Shown: positions 1 through 9,654 of the stretch, in pieces
Numbering within the stretch: position 1 is the first letter of the stretch
Layout of the letters: each line of letters begins with the position of its first letter
Assembly (NCBI GenBank): GCA_026387835.1
Contig: JAPLKZ010000010.1
Coordinates: 176,379-208,378 of the forward strand
Reading direction: 5' to 3'
DNA: 32,000 bases
DNA from: Candidatus Saganbacteria bacterium
Lineage (GTDB): Bacteria; Margulisbacteria; WOR-1; JAKLHX01
Program-made: the position numbers and the translations under genes
Notes under the pieces: generated by a model
Database searches by the model: none
Seen by the model: the letters and a program-made list of their open reading frames with translations, nothing else
What the model was told of the DNA's origin: nothing

Positions 1-56
1 ATATCCAAGATGTTGTTCCCGCTAGTTTCCCTTCTCAGAGATATGTTCAATATTCA

Positions 57-605
57 TTGGGTGAAATGGATGTTAAATTACTTTCAATGGAATGCTTTTG
101 CGGGAATAGCATTTTTCCCACAAAAGACGGGATCAATCCTCTTGATCCATATATTGATTTAAACGAGAGATTGATTGAAGCGATGAAAAAGAATGGATTG
201 AATATCGTCAAGGATTCATTGGGAATTGGCGTATGGGTAGGCCCACGGGAAGATAGGCATGACTCTGACAAGAGAGATCTTGAAAAAAATTATTTCTTAT
301 GGAATAAAGGCAAGCTTTTCTGTGCTGAAACGCTAATTTCTGAGGATGATAATCCGCCGCTCAAAGCCTTCTTGTGTGCACTAAAAAAAAATTCATCCAT
401 TACGTTAATTGAAGACAAAAAAATAAGCTGGTCCTCGTTTTTAGCACTTATGAGGGGACGGAAGCGTTCCACTGTTCGATTAGAGCCTCATTCATACAGT
501 GTCGACATGGATCATCCTGTAATTATATATCCTGCAAGTCTTCTTAAACAAGCCGGATTCGTTCAGGAAATTTTTATGGCTGATATCGTTGTTGGAACAA
601 AGTAA
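57..605 (+). CDS. hypothetical protein; possibly 5'-truncated by the window edge
   Basis: 182-aa ORF from TTG at 57, with an in-frame ATG at 66. The same frame has no stop back to position 3, so the gene may begin upstream of the window. I recognise no family motif. Confidence 0.5.
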   Translation: MGEMDVKLLSMECFCGNSIFPTKDGINPLDPYIDLNERLIEAMKKNGLNIVKDSLGIGVWVGPREDRHDSDKRDLEKNYFLWNKGKLFCAETLISEDDNPPLKAFLCALKKNSSITLIEDKKISWSSFLALMRGRKRSTVRLEPHSYSVDMDHPVIIYPASLLKQAGFVQEIFMADIVVGTK

Positions 606-650
606 AATATATTTTGCAGATCTTTGGCGGCCGAAGGGTTGGGGTGAGGG

Positions 651-1589
651 CTACTTTACTTCCATCTCCGCAAGTAATTTCGATATTGCCCCGGCAAATT
701 CCTTAGTCTCCGGCTTTAAGAGGTCTTCGAAGCTATAGGCTGCTCTTCCTTTTTGGAAAGAGAGCCGTATTTCCTGGGAGTAGAACATTTCCAGGGTCTT
801 TTCGGAGTTTTCCTCTATCAGTCTTGCGAGCATCTTGGCTATTGAATTTTTATCAGAATATGAGAAACATAACGAAAATGTTTTGAATTCAACAGAATTC
901 CCGTTCAATTGATCGATATATGAGGAAATGTCATCCGAAGAATAGAAATATTTGCCTTTCTCAAACGGCACTCCGTATGAAACCATCATCTTTTTTAGGT
1001 CTTCCATGCTTCTTTCCATCATTTTCACGGTCTCCGACGGCGGGTAGATCACATAACGCTTCCACAGAGAACCGTTGAGCATCGCAAAAGCCCATCCTGT
1101 CCTGTTGTAAGCCCTGGCAAAATACAGAACCCCGAGGCTTTGCGAAGATATCTGGAGTCGCTTTTCCGAGTTGTAATTTGATGCTGTCGTCAGGACTTGC
1201 TGGATCCATTTATCCGCGTCGCTGAACAACTTGATCTGCCTGTATAGCTCAATGACCGATCCTTCGACGTAACGGTTGGTGATTATCCCCTTCCTGTATG
1301 CTGACGCGATATAGAACGGAAATACCAACGATGCGGTCCTGTTATCGACATTGCTGCTGTTCAACATTTTATCCGCAATAGCAAGGACAGAATTATATGC
1401 GTACAGCGAGTTCTCAAGAGTGTCCATATTCTCGCGCATGAGGGCTTTGTAATAGACGCTTTTGATCAGGTTTATCTTTGAGGCCACCGACGCTTCGGGT
1501 GAAGTGACCGAAATGATTTCTTCCGTGGGAGCCGCGATCGAAACGCCAGCGCACACAATCATCAGTAGAATGATAAGTGTTTTTTTCAT
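651..1589 (-). CDS. hypothetical secreted protein with an N-terminal signal peptide
   Basis: The ORF track gives 651..1679. The internal start MKKTLIILLMIVCAGVSIAAP (ATG 1589; alternative ATG 1610) looks like a classical signal peptide, and it avoids overlapping the divergent gatC. I recognise no family. Confidence 0.6.
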   Translation of the reverse strand: MKKTLIILLMIVCAGVSIAAPTEEIISVTSPEASVASKINLIKSVYYKALMRENMDTLENSLYAYNSVLAIADKMLNSSNVDNRTASLVFPFYIASAYRKGIITNRYVEGSVIELYRQIKLFSDADKWIQQVLTTASNYNSEKRLQISSQSLGVLYFARAYNRTGWAFAMLNGSLWKRYVIYPPSETVKMMERSMEDLKKMMVSYGVPFEKGKYFYSSDDISSYIDQLNGNSVEFKTFSLCFSYSDKNSIAKMLARLIEENSEKTLEMFYSQEIRLSFQKGRAAYSFEDLLKPETKEFAGAISKLLAEMEVK

Positions 1590-1644
1590 TTTAACTCTTA
1601 ATTTATTCATAATATCACAAATAGAAATGCACAGTAAAGTATTA

Positions 1645-1650
1645 TATAAT
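1645..1650 (+). promoter_or_regulatory. putative -10 box (TATAAT) 6 nt upstream of the gatC ATG; leaderless geometry
   Basis: TATAAT at 1645-1650 and ATG at 1657. The gap (tgggtc) contains no SD. Confidence 0.4.
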
Positions 1651-1656
1651 TGGGTC

Positions 1657-1971
1657 ATGAGCGTCTCGAAAAAAGACACGCAGTACGTTGCGCTTCTTGC
1701 AAGGCTTGGCTTGTCGGAAGATGAAGAAGTATCTTTCGCAAAACAGCTTAACGATATTCTCGGCTATATCGATATAATAAATTCCGCGGACACAAAGACC
1801 GTTTCACCTGCGGCACACACGCAGCTGACCGGATCGATACAAGAAAAAAAGACCCCGATGAGGGATGACAAGGCTTTTCCGTATAAAGACACAAAAAAAA
1901 TACTGGACATTGCTCCTCACGTTGAAAACAATATGTTCCGTGTCCCCAGGATCCTTGAAACGGAAGAATAA
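1657..1971 (+). CDS. gatC: Asp/Glu-tRNA amidotransferase subunit C
   Basis: The 104-aa product [23 protein letters not shown]...[13 protein letters not shown] is typical GatC. It sits directly upstream of gatA and gatB. The longer track ORF (from 1462) would overlap the divergent gene. Confidence 0.9.
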   Translation: MSVSKKDTQYVALLARLGLSEDEEVSFAKQLNDILGYIDIINSADTKTVSPAAHTQLTGSIQEKKTPMRDDKAFPYKDTKKILDIAPHVENNMFRVPRILETEE

Positions 1972-1976
1972 CAAAA

Positions 1977-3440
1977 ATGAACCTGTATAATCTGACGGCT
2001 CACGAACTTTCAAAAAAACTTAGCAACAAAGAAATCGGCTGCGTCGAGCTTACCGAATCGGTCTATAAGAGGATCGAAACCGTCGAGCCAAAAGTGAACG
2101 CTTTCAATATTCTTACAAAAGAACTCGCCCTTAAGAAAGCTAAGGAGGTTGACGATCAAACGAACCGGGAACCACAAACCATGGACCAGTCTTTAAAAGG
2201 CATTCCCATCGCCATAAAAGACAACATGTGCACTGACGGCATACCGACCACCTGTTCATCAAAGATACTTGAAAATTATATCCCCCCTTATAACGCAACG
2301 ATCGTCGACCTTGTCTTTGAAGCGGGGATGATCCCGGTGGGAAAGACAAATCTGGATGAATTTGCAATGGGATCTTCAACCGAAAATTCCGCTTTCAAAA
2401 CGACTAAAAACCCATGGGATCTGAAAAAGGTACCGGGAGGATCTTCCGGCGGATCGGCCGCAGCGGTTGCGGCGGACGAGACGATACTTTCGCTGGGTTC
2501 GGATACCGGCGGGTCTATCAGGCAGCCCGCTTCTTTCTGCGGAGTGGTCGGGTTGAAACCGACCTACGGCAGGGTTTCGCGCTACGGGCTTGTGGCCTTC
2601 GCGTCTTCGCTGGACCAGATCGGCCCTATCACAAAAGATGTAACTGATGCCGCGCTATTGATGAACGTCATTGCAAGGCACGACCCGAAAGACTCGACCA
2701 GCGTAAACATAAAAGCACCGGACTACACAAAGTCTCTTGTCCGCAATGTAAAAGGCCTGAGGCTCGGTTTACCGAAAGAACTCTTCGGCGAAGGGATCGA
2801 AGAGAATATAAAAAGATCCGTCATGGATGCGGTAAAGCTGCTCGAAGGCCTCGGAGCCTTCGTCAGAGAGGTGTCTCTGCCGTCACTTAAATTCGCTCTT
2901 GCGGCCTATTACATCATCGCGCCCGCCGAAGCGTCTTCCAACCTGGCAAGATACGACGGCGTACATTACGGCCTTCGCTCAAAAAAGGACAAGGATATCA
3001 TGGAGATGTACCTGAATACGCGCCGTGAAGGTTTCGGAGCGGAGGTAAAAAGAAGGATCATGATCGGGACTTATGCTCTAAGTTCCGGGTATTACGATGC
3101 TTACTATTTAAAGGCCCAGAAGATAAGGACTTTGATAAAGAACGATTTTGAAGAGGCCTTTAAAGACCTGGACATGATCATCACTCCGACATCGCCGACA
3201 GCCGCCTTCGGGATCGGCGAAAAAACCGCAGATCCGCTTTCCATGTATCTTTCGGATATCGCCACTATTCCGGTGAACCTAGCGGGCTTACCGGCGATCT
3301 CTATCCCCTGCGGGTATGATAACGGACTTCCGATAGGGCTCCAGATGATCGGAAGGGCATTTGACGAGGAGACTCTTTTCAGGGCGGCTTACACGTTCGA
3401 AAGTGAAACGGATTATCACAAAAGGAAACCGCCGTTATGA
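1977..3440 (+). CDS. gatA: Asp/Glu-tRNA amidotransferase subunit A (amidase family)
   Basis: 487 aa. It carries the amidase signature [13 protein letters not shown] and the [12 protein letters not shown] motif, in gatCAB order. Confidence 0.97.
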   Translation: MNLYNLTAHELSKKLSNKEIGCVELTESVYKRIETVEPKVNAFNILTKELALKKAKEVDDQTNREPQTMDQSLKGIPIAIKDNMCTDGIPTTCSSKILENYIPPYNATIVDLVFEAGMIPVGKTNLDEFAMGSSTENSAFKTTKNPWDLKKVPGGSSGGSAAAVAADETILSLGSDTGGSIRQPASFCGVVGLKPTYGRVSRYGLVAFASSLDQIGPITKDVTDAALLMNVIARHDPKDSTSVNIKAPDYTKSLVRNVKGLRLGLPKELFGEGIEENIKRSVMDAVKLLEGLGAFVREVSLPSLKFALAAYYIIAPAEASSNLARYDGVHYGLRSKKDKDIMEMYLNTRREGFGAEVKRRIMIGTYALSSGYYDAYYLKAQKIRTLIKNDFEEAFKDLDMIITPTSPTAAFGIGEKTADPLSMYLSDIATIPVNLAGLPAISIPCGYDNGLPIGLQMIGRAFDEETLFRAAYTFESETDYHKRKPPL

Positions 3441-4882
3441 AATACGAGATCGTGATAGGACTGGAGACACACGCGCAGCTGCAGACTGGATCAAAGATGT
3501 TCTGCTCCTGCCCGACAAAGTTCGGCAATGCCCCGAATACCGATATATGTCCTGTCTGCACGGGACAACCGGGATCGCTTCCCGTGATAAACAGAAAAGC
3601 CGTCGAGCTGGCGGTCAAGACCGCGCTGGCACTTAACTGCAAAGTAAACGAGGAGAGCATCTTTGCCAGAAAAAATTATTTTTATCCCGACCTTCCTAAA
3701 GGCTACCAGATATCGCAGTTTGAACTGCCGCTGGCAGAGCACGGATTTGTCGAGATAGAGGTCCGAGGGCAGACAAAGAAGATACGCATCACAAGGGTCC
3801 ACCTTGAAGAGGACGCCGGCAAACTTGTCCACAAGGGGAGCTCGGGGATAAAAGGAGCGGATTATTCCCTTGTCGATCTTAACAGGACAGGGACCCCTCT
3901 CATGGAAATAGTGAGCGAACCGGACATAAGGGACCCGGAAGAAGCCAGGATCTTCATGGAAGAACTCGCGCATATACTTCAGTATCTCGAAGTGTGCGAT
4001 GCCAAGCTTGAAGAAGGAAGCATTAGATGCGACGCAAATATTTCTCTCAGGCCGCAGGGGCAGGCAAAGCTGGGAACAAAAACAGAGGTTAAGAACATGA
4101 ACTCTTTTAAGGCTGTCCAGAAAGCCCTTGAAGCCGAGGCCAGGCGGCAGGAGACAATGCTTGATGGCGGCGCAAAAATATTACAGGAAACTTTATTGTT
4201 CGATGAAAGTAGCGGGCAGGTCAGCCCGATGAGAAGCAAAGAACAGTCCCACGATTACAGGTATTTCCCTGATCCGGACCTTTTGCCGCTTTATGTTTCA
4301 AAAGAGATGGCGAGTAATATCGCGGCACAAGTCCCCGAGCTTCCGATCGATAAATATAAAAGGTTCATTGAAAAATATAATCTTTCTTCCGCTGATGCGG
4401 GAACGCTGGTCTCGTCCAGGCAAATGGCTGATTTTTTCGAGAGTTCCGTTTCGATCCTGCAGGAGCCAAAACTCATCGCCAACTGGATTATCGGAGATAT
4501 CTCGGCATATTTAAATTCAAAGGGCACAGGCATCGACGGGACAAAACTGACCCCTGCCCTTTTGACGGAAATGATCGCCTTGATACAAAAAGGCACTATC
4601 GGGGGAAAGACCGCTAAGGATATCATTGTCGTGATGCTTGGAACCGGGAAGTCCGCAAAAGCGATCGTCGAAAGTTCGGGTGCTACTCAGATATCGGACG
4701 AGAGCGTATTGCTTGAGATAATTGATAAGGTGATCGCCGAAAACGCGCGATCGGTCGAGTCATTTAAAGCCGGGAAAGAAACGGCGGTAAAATTCCTGAT
4801 AGGCCAGGCAATGAAACTTTCAAAAGGAAGGGCTAACCCTACAACGCTGGAAGAGCTTTTCAAGAAGAAGCTTAGGTCCTAG
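3437..4882 (+). CDS. gatB: Asp/Glu-tRNA amidotransferase subunit B
   Basis: 481 aa. The N-terminus [15 protein letters not shown] and the motifs [13 protein letters not shown] and [10 protein letters not shown] are typical GatB. It overlaps the gatA stop by 4 nt. Confidence 0.97.
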   Translation: MKYEIVIGLETHAQLQTGSKMFCSCPTKFGNAPNTDICPVCTGQPGSLPVINRKAVELAVKTALALNCKVNEESIFARKNYFYPDLPKGYQISQFELPLAEHGFVEIEVRGQTKKIRITRVHLEEDAGKLVHKGSSGIKGADYSLVDLNRTGTPLMEIVSEPDIRDPEEARIFMEELAHILQYLEVCDAKLEEGSIRCDANISLRPQGQAKLGTKTEVKNMNSFKAVQKALEAEARRQETMLDGGAKILQETLLFDESSGQVSPMRSKEQSHDYRYFPDPDLLPLYVSKEMASNIAAQVPELPIDKYKRFIEKYNLSSADAGTLVSSRQMADFFESSVSILQEPKLIANWIIGDISAYLNSKGTGIDGTKLTPALLTEMIALIQKGTIGGKTAKDIIVVMLGTGKSAKAIVESSGATQISDESVLLEIIDKVIAENARSVESFKAGKETAVKFLIGQAMKLSKGRANPTTLEELFKKKLRS

Positions 4883-5268
4883 GAAGTCTTTTTATATTTT
4901 GCCCTGATCGCCTCAACCTTCGCTATTACCGTATCCATTTCCAGGGGCTTGTTTAAATAATCTTCAGCATGAAGGGCAAAAGTTTCTTTGTGCGCCAGCT
5001 CCGTCTCAACCGCGGTCATCATCACCACGGGAATATTTTTTAATTTATCATCACTTTTGAGCCGCTTTAATACCTCTATGCCGTCTTCACCGGGCATCAT
5101 GATATCTAGGAAGATCAGGTCGGGAGTTTTTTCCTTTGCCAGTTCAAGCCCCTGTTTCGCGTCAGATGCCAAGAATATCTTATAATCCCCTTTTGATTCC
5201 ATAAGGAATTTGAACGCCGTGGTATAGACCGGCTCATCGTCGATCATCAGTATTGTATACTCGCTCAT
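4879..5268 (-). CDS. stand-alone response regulator receiver (CheY-like, no output domain)
   Basis: 129 aa. It has the DDEP acidic pocket, the phospho-acceptor context LIFLDIMMPGEDG, and a conserved K in YLNKP. A GGAG SD lies 9 nt upstream of the ATG. Confidence 0.85.
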   Translation of the reverse strand: MSEYTILMIDDEPVYTTAFKFLMESKGDYKIFLASDAKQGLELAKEKTPDLIFLDIMMPGEDGIEVLKRLKSDDKLKNIPVVMMTAVETELAHKETFALHAEDYLNKPLEMDTVIAKVEAIRAKYKKTS

Positions 5269-5356
5269 AAATTACATCTCCAACAATGAAGGATAATAAT
5301 AGTATACTCATTTTTTATTGTTTGTCAAAGCGATAAAACGGCTTTAAGCGCCGTAG

Positions 5357-5365
5357 TGTTATAAT
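5357..5365 (+). promoter_or_regulatory. extended -10 promoter (TGtTATAAT) 6 nt upstream of the radical SAM ATG
   Basis: TGTTATAAT at 5357-5365 and ATG at 5372. The gap caaaaa has no SD. Confidence 0.5.
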
Positions 5366-5371
5366 CAAAAA

Positions 5372-5977
5372 ATGGCTGACTATATCTATGAATTAAAAGA
5401 TTCTTTATATATTAATCTTACTAACAGGTGCAATAACCGCTGCTCTTTCTGCATCAAATATAAGAACCGGATATTTGAAGGAAAACATAATCTCTGGCTT
5501 GATCGGGAACCGGACGCGGAAGAAGTGACAGGCCTGATAAACGATCCTTCAAAATACCGGCAGATAGTTTTCTGCGGGTACGGAGAGCCGCTGATAAGAC
5601 TTGAGACGCTAAAGAAGATCGCCGCGGGATTAAAAGAAAAAGGCAGCTTCATCAGGGTCGATACCGACGGCCAGGCAAACCTGTTTTACGGCCGCAACAT
5701 TACTGCCGATCTTAATGGTCTTGTAGATGAAATGGATATCAGTTTGAACGCGCATGATAAAAAGACCTACGATAAGCTTTGCAGGTCTGTCTACGGGGAA
5801 AAAGCATACAAAGCGATCTTAGATTTCGCAAGACTTGCCAAGGAAACCATACCGAAAGTCGTTTTGACGGCTGTGGACCTGCCCGGGATCGATATTGAGA
5901 AGTGCAAAAATATATCGGATGAGATCGGAGTAGAATTCAAGATAAGGCCCTACTATGAAGAAAGCTATATAGCCTGA
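5372..5977 (+). CDS. radical SAM protein; resembles the small TatD-associated radical SAM family
   Basis: 201 aa. The CX3CX2C cluster motif CNNRCSFC lies near the N-terminus (LYINLTNRCNNRCSFC), and a GYGEPL motif is present. The family assignment is from memory of TIGR04038-like sequences. Confidence 0.75.
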   Translation: MADYIYELKDSLYINLTNRCNNRCSFCIKYKNRIFEGKHNLWLDREPDAEEVTGLINDPSKYRQIVFCGYGEPLIRLETLKKIAAGLKEKGSFIRVDTDGQANLFYGRNITADLNGLVDEMDISLNAHDKKTYDKLCRSVYGEKAYKAILDFARLAKETIPKVVLTAVDLPGIDIEKCKNISDEIGVEFKIRPYYEESYIA

Positions 5978-6162
5978 ACCTCTTTTTTTGCACAGTTGTT
6001 CTTTTCGCAGCGCTGCGCCTGCCATTTTTTGAAAGGAATAAACTCTATTTTCTGGCCTTTTCGAAGTGATTCTTCAAGTCCGGCCATTATATTTTCATTG
6101 AGCGACATCAGCGGAATGCCGTTTGCTGTGTGATGAAGATCCGTATTAACGTTCTTTTCCAT
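5965..6162 (-). CDS. hypothetical small protein (65 aa)
   Basis: ATG at 6162 is preceded by its own TTGCAT-N17-TAAAAT promoter. The 3' end overlaps the convergent radical SAM gene by 13 nt. I recognise no family. Confidence 0.45.
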   Translation of the reverse strand: MEKNVNTDLHHTANGIPLMSLNENIMAGLEESLRKGQKIEFIPFKKWQAQRCEKNNCAKKEVQAI

Positions 6163-6171
6163 TGTCAGAAT

Positions 6172-6200
6172 ATTTTAGCACCGTCATACGCATTATGCAA
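6172..6200 (-). promoter_or_regulatory. sigma70-like promoter TTGCAT-N17-(TGc)TAAAAT, 9 nt upstream of the orf65 ATG
   Basis: -35 at 6195-6200 and -10 at 6172-6177 (minus strand), with a TGn extension. It lies immediately after the rnhB stop codon. Confidence 0.5.
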
Positions 6201-6210
6201 TGATTTTCTA

Positions 6211-6828
6211 TCAAAGTGACGGGCCCGTGACAAGCGATACGGGAGCAAAACTTCTCCTGTGGACCGGGCACGGTCCGTATTTTGCCAAAGCCTCAAAATG
6301 TTTTTTTGTGCCGTAGCCTTTATGCTCATTAAAAGAGTATTGCGGGTATTTTTTTGAGATCTTCATCATCAATTTGTCTCTCGTTACCTTTGCTATGATC
6401 GACGCGGCCGCTATCGAGGCGCAGATGCCGTCCCCTCCAATGATAGTTTTTTGAGGAGTATTTATTCCGGGAATGCTTTTGTTGCCGTCCACCAGTATAA
6501 AATCGGGGGGGTTGCCCGTATTAAGGACCGCTCTTTTCATTGAAAGAAGCGTTGCATTAAGAATGTTTATCTTGTCAACCACGGCCTCACCCGCAATGCC
6601 GATGCCGATATCTACGGCTTTTTTTAGAATGATCCCGTAAAGTTCCTGCCTTCGTTTGGGTGATAATTTTTTGGAATTATCAAGACCTATAATACCGAAA
6701 TTTTTGGGTAAGATCACAGCGGCAGAAACGACGGGCCCCGCAAGTGGCCCCCTTCCCGCTTCATCGACTCCCGCAATAAGTGAAAAACCTTTTTTGTGCA
6801 GCGCTTTCTCGCTTCTAAAGCTGACCAT
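6211..6828 (-). CDS. rnhB: ribonuclease HII
   Basis: 205 aa with the IAGVDEAGRGPLAGPVV catalytic motif. It abuts the lepB stop. Confidence 0.95.
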   Translation of the reverse strand: MVSFRSEKALHKKGFSLIAGVDEAGRGPLAGPVVSAAVILPKNFGIIGLDNSKKLSPKRRQELYGIILKKAVDIGIGIAGEAVVDKINILNATLLSMKRAVLNTGNPPDFILVDGNKSIPGINTPQKTIIGGDGICASIAAASIIAKVTRDKLMMKISKKYPQYSFNEHKGYGTKKHFEALAKYGPCPVHRRSFAPVSLVTGPSL

Positions 6829-7470
6829 TTACATCCCGGGGAAGATACTTAATTTATTTAGAGGCCAGATGCGCACTACCGCTCTGCCGATGATATTGTC
6901 TTCGGGCGCAAAGCCCCAGAACCTGCTGTCCATGCTGTTAGGGCGGTTATCCCCCATCATGAAATAACTTTTTTCCGGAACTTTCACTTCAGGCATGTTG
7001 AAATTGTCGCGGTTTACCGGATGTTTTTCTTCGAGTTGTCTGCCGTTTATATAAACATAACCGTTTTTTATCGAGACCGTCTCGCCCGGAAGTCCGATGA
7101 TCCTTTTGATGAAATCTCTTCTTGTCCCGACAGGGTCTTTAGGATATTTGAAAACGATCACTTCCATCCTCTTCGGCCTTGAGAATGTATATATATTGCG
7201 CGCGTTGCTGAAAATAAAATTCGTATTGTAAAGAGGGTTGGGAATATTGAAGAGGAATATCGGGCTGTCGTTCATGTCATACAAAGGATTAGGCAGTCCC
7301 AGGGATAACCTGTCGACGATTATTCTGTCGTTCACCTCGAAAGTCGGAAGCATCGATTCGGAAGGTATCCAGAATATCTGAATAAAGAACGCCCTGATAA
7401 AAAGCGCTATCAAAAGCGCGACGACTACGGTCTCTATGGTCTCTTTGATGAAGGCTCTGATCTTTTCCAT
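6829..7470 (-). CDS. lepB: signal peptidase I
   Basis: 213 aa. It has an N-terminal TM segment, the catalytic Ser box PSESMLPTF, and GDNRPNSMDSRFWGF. Confidence 0.95.
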   Translation of the reverse strand: MEKIRAFIKETIETVVVALLIALFIRAFFIQIFWIPSESMLPTFEVNDRIIVDRLSLGLPNPLYDMNDSPIFLFNIPNPLYNTNFIFSNARNIYTFSRPKRMEVIVFKYPKDPVGTRRDFIKRIIGLPGETVSIKNGYVYINGRQLEEKHPVNRDNFNMPEVKVPEKSYFMMGDNRPNSMDSRFWGFAPEDNIIGRAVVRIWPLNKLSIFPGM

Positions 7471-7480
7471 TGAAAATGAT

Positions 7481-7843
7481 CTACTGGGCGGTCTGTTGGG
7501 AAGCCATTTCTTCGATCTTTGTGGCGGACGAACCTATCCTGTCCCTCAGGTAGTACAATTTTGCCCTTCTGACTTTTCCCCGTTTTATGACCTTTATCCT
7601 GTCAACTTTTGGAGAATGCAGAGGAAATATCCTTTCGACCCCGACACCCTGAACGATCTTCCTTACCGTGAATGTCTCGGAGATGCTGCCGCCTTTTCTC
7701 GCGATGACGATCCCTTCAAAACCCTGTATGCGCTCCTTGTCGCCTTCGACTATCTTAGCGTATACCCTTACGGTGTCACCGATGCCGAAAGCTTCGACAT
7801 TTGGCTTCATATTTTTCTGGTTTATTTCTTTGATCATATTCAT
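7481..7843 (-). CDS. rplS: 50S ribosomal protein L19
   Basis: 120 aa. [33 protein letters not shown] and RRAKLYYLR are typical of L19. Confidence 0.97.
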   Translation of the reverse strand: MNMIKEINQKNMKPNVEAFGIGDTVRVYAKIVEGDKERIQGFEGIVIARKGGSISETFTVRKIVQGVGVERIFPLHSPKVDRIKVIKRGKVRRAKLYYLRDRIGSSATKIEEMASQQTAQ

Positions 7844-7881
7844 GGAAAAACCCCGTTTATAATAGAATTATAACATAAAAT

Positions 7882-8604
7882 TCATATTCCGAGGACGATC
7901 TGCCTCAGGAATTCTTTGTCTTCTCCGTTCAACTCTGCCATTGCCAGAAGATCGGGACGCATGAAAAAAGTCTTCTGAAGGGACTGTTTTCTTCGCCATT
8001 TGCGCACCTCTTCATGGTTGCCGCTCCGCAGGACTTCCGGAACAGCACTGCCTTCAAGATCAGCCGGCCTTGTGTAATGAGGGAAATCTAGCAATGATCC
8101 TGAAAAAGAGTCTGCCTCGACAGAACCCAACTCTTTCACGACCCCCGGGATGTAGCGGCTTACCGCGTCTACAAGTACGGCCGCGGGCAGTTCCCCTCCG
8201 GTCAGGACATAGTCGCCTATGGATATTTCCTCATCGATGAACGGCCGGATCCTTTCATCTGCCCCTTCGTAATGGCCGCAAATTATGACAAGATGGTCCA
8301 GTTTTGACAATTCCACTACTTTATCCTGCGTCAGTGTTTTGCCAGCAGGGGTCAGGAAAACAGTCTTTGAGGTCTTTGTCCCGATCTTTTTTAAGGTCTT
8401 TATTATCGGTTCGGCAAGCATCACCATGCCGGGTCCGCCGCCGAACGGGCTGTCATCGGCTGTCTTATGGGGGTTGCTTGTTTCTTCGCGAATATCGTGG
8501 ATATTAATAATGATTGACCCTCTTTCCCTCGCTTTTTTCAAAAGGCTTTCGGTGAACGGCCCCTCGAACATTGCGGGAAAGAGGGTCAATATGTCAAATC
8601 TCAT
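7882..8604 (-). CDS. trmD: tRNA (guanine37-N1)-methyltransferase
   Basis: 240 aa. MRFDILTLFPAMF, the GGGPGMVM motif and IICGHYEGADERI are present. Confidence 0.97.
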   Translation of the reverse strand: MRFDILTLFPAMFEGPFTESLLKKARERGSIIINIHDIREETSNPHKTADDSPFGGGPGMVMLAEPIIKTLKKIGTKTSKTVFLTPAGKTLTQDKVVELSKLDHLVIICGHYEGADERIRPFIDEEISIGDYVLTGGELPAAVLVDAVSRYIPGVVKELGSVEADSFSGSLLDFPHYTRPADLEGSAVPEVLRSGNHEEVRKWRRKQSLQKTFFMRPDLLAMAELNGEDKEFLRQIVLGI

Positions 8605-8607
8605 CTG

Positions 8608-9033
8608 TTATTCGATGTTTCTGATTTCCATTATGACGCCGTCTTTTACCAGGATCTCAGCGGCGCCTACTTTCCTGTAAAGATTATCGCCCACCTTCAC
8701 GTTGACGGGTCCTTCAAGCGGCCCCTGGATGAACTCGCTCCCAAGCACCAGTTTTTTTGCTTCCTCCACTTTCATCAAAAGATCGTTCTTTGAAGCGGTC
8801 ATCTTTGCACGCTCTTCGTTTAACTGGTTCCTGAACGTGGTTATCTGCTGCATCATGCCTTTTTTCTTGAGGTCTTCCATATACGCCTTGCTTTGGTTCT
8901 CGATCTGCTGCATCTGACCGTCCATATTCCTGATCGCTCTCTCGAGCTCCTTTACTAGGTTGTCCTTGAACGCTTCGGTCACTATCGCTTTGACCATAAC
9001 TATACGTTTTAACTCGATCGCTGTCTCACTCAT
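8608..9033 (-). CDS. ylqD: YlqD family protein
   Basis: 141 aa with a coiled-coil middle. The C-terminus LGSEFIQGPLEGPVNVKVGDN...ILVKDGVIMEIR matches my recollection of Bacillus YlqD. It sits between the KH gene and trmD. Confidence 0.7.
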   Translation of the reverse strand: MSETAIELKRIVMVKAIVTEAFKDNLVKELERAIRNMDGQMQQIENQSKAYMEDLKKKGMMQQITTFRNQLNEERAKMTASKNDLLMKVEEAKKLVLGSEFIQGPLEGPVNVKVGDNLYRKVGAAEILVKDGVIMEIRNIE

Positions 9034-9055
9034 TTTATTTTTCCACCCCTTTCTC

Positions 9056-9289
9056 CTATGATATGATTTCGACGGTCACTCTTTTTCTCTGTTTTGCCGC
9101 TGCTGATTTTACGACGGTCCTGATCGCACTTGCTATCCTGCCCTCTTTGCCGATCACCTTGCCTACATCTTCAGGCGCTGTTTTTATTTCGAGTATCGTC
9201 ACGTTCTCTCTATCTGTCTGGGCGACCGCTGCTTCTTCAGGCTTGTCCACTAATGCTTTTACGATATACTCTACCAGCTCTTTCATCAA
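9056..9289 (-). CDS. KH-domain RNA-binding protein (YlqC/UPF0109 family)
   Basis: 77 aa with the KH GXXG motif VGKVIGKEGRIASAIRTV. It is in the conserved position after rpsP. Confidence 0.9.
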   Translation of the reverse strand: MMKELVEYIVKALVDKPEEAAVAQTDRENVTILEIKTAPEDVGKVIGKEGRIASAIRTVVKSAAAKQRKRVTVEIIS

Positions 9290-9627
9290 TGATCTTCTTT
9301 CTTTTCCTCTGCGGGTTTCGGGGCTTCGGCTGCCGGCTGTTCGCCTTTTGGCAGCTTCTTTTTTTTCTTATCAAAGTTCACCGGCGGCATGATACCTATC
9401 TTACCGAGATATTTCCGCACTACTTCCGTTGGAATAGCGCCTTTTTTAAGCCATTCCTGCACTTTTTCTTTGTTCACTTCAAAAGCGTACGGTTCTTTCC
9501 TCGGATCATAATGGCCGAGGATCTCGATCGCCTTGCTGTCCCTCGCTGCGGACTCGTCCATCACAACGACCCTGTAATACGGCTTGCTTTTTGAACCGAC
9601 CCTTGATAACCTCAGTTTTGCTGACAA
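9286..9627 (-). CDS. rpsP: 30S ribosomal protein S16 with a Lys/Pro/Ala/Glu-rich C-terminal tail
   Basis: 113 aa. A TTG start has a GGAGG SD 7 nt upstream. KLRLSRVGSKSKPYYRVVVMD is typical S16. The tail reads KKKKKLPKGEQPAAEAPKPAEEKKEDH. Confidence 0.95.
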   Translation of the reverse strand: MSAKLRLSRVGSKSKPYYRVVVMDESAARDSKAIEILGHYDPRKEPYAFEVNKEKVQEWLKKGAIPTEVVRKYLGKIGIMPPVNFDKKKKKLPKGEQPAAEAPKPAEEKKEDH

Positions 9628-9654
9628 AATAATACCTCCAGAATGTCTGTTTTT

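Noticed and set aside
641-649. A second copy of GGGGTGAGG, the outer-stem arm of the 26885-26963 element, in another convergent intergenic spacer
   Set aside because: Only one arm is present, with no partner CCTCACCCC nearby. A single 9-mer recurrence in 32 kb on two strands is not clearly beyond chance. I also considered a G-quadruplex, but there are only three runs of GGG or longer.
1462-1656. Long N-terminal extension of gatC in the ORF track (169 aa)
   Set aside because: The extension would overlap the divergent secreted-protein gene and adds a non-GatC-like hydrophobic leader. ATG 1657 gives a canonical ~100-aa GatC with a -10 box just upstream.
9063-9594. Plus-strand ORFs of 109 and 154 aa over the KH-domain gene and rpsP
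   Set aside because: They are antisense shadows of highly conserved ribosomal-operon genes.
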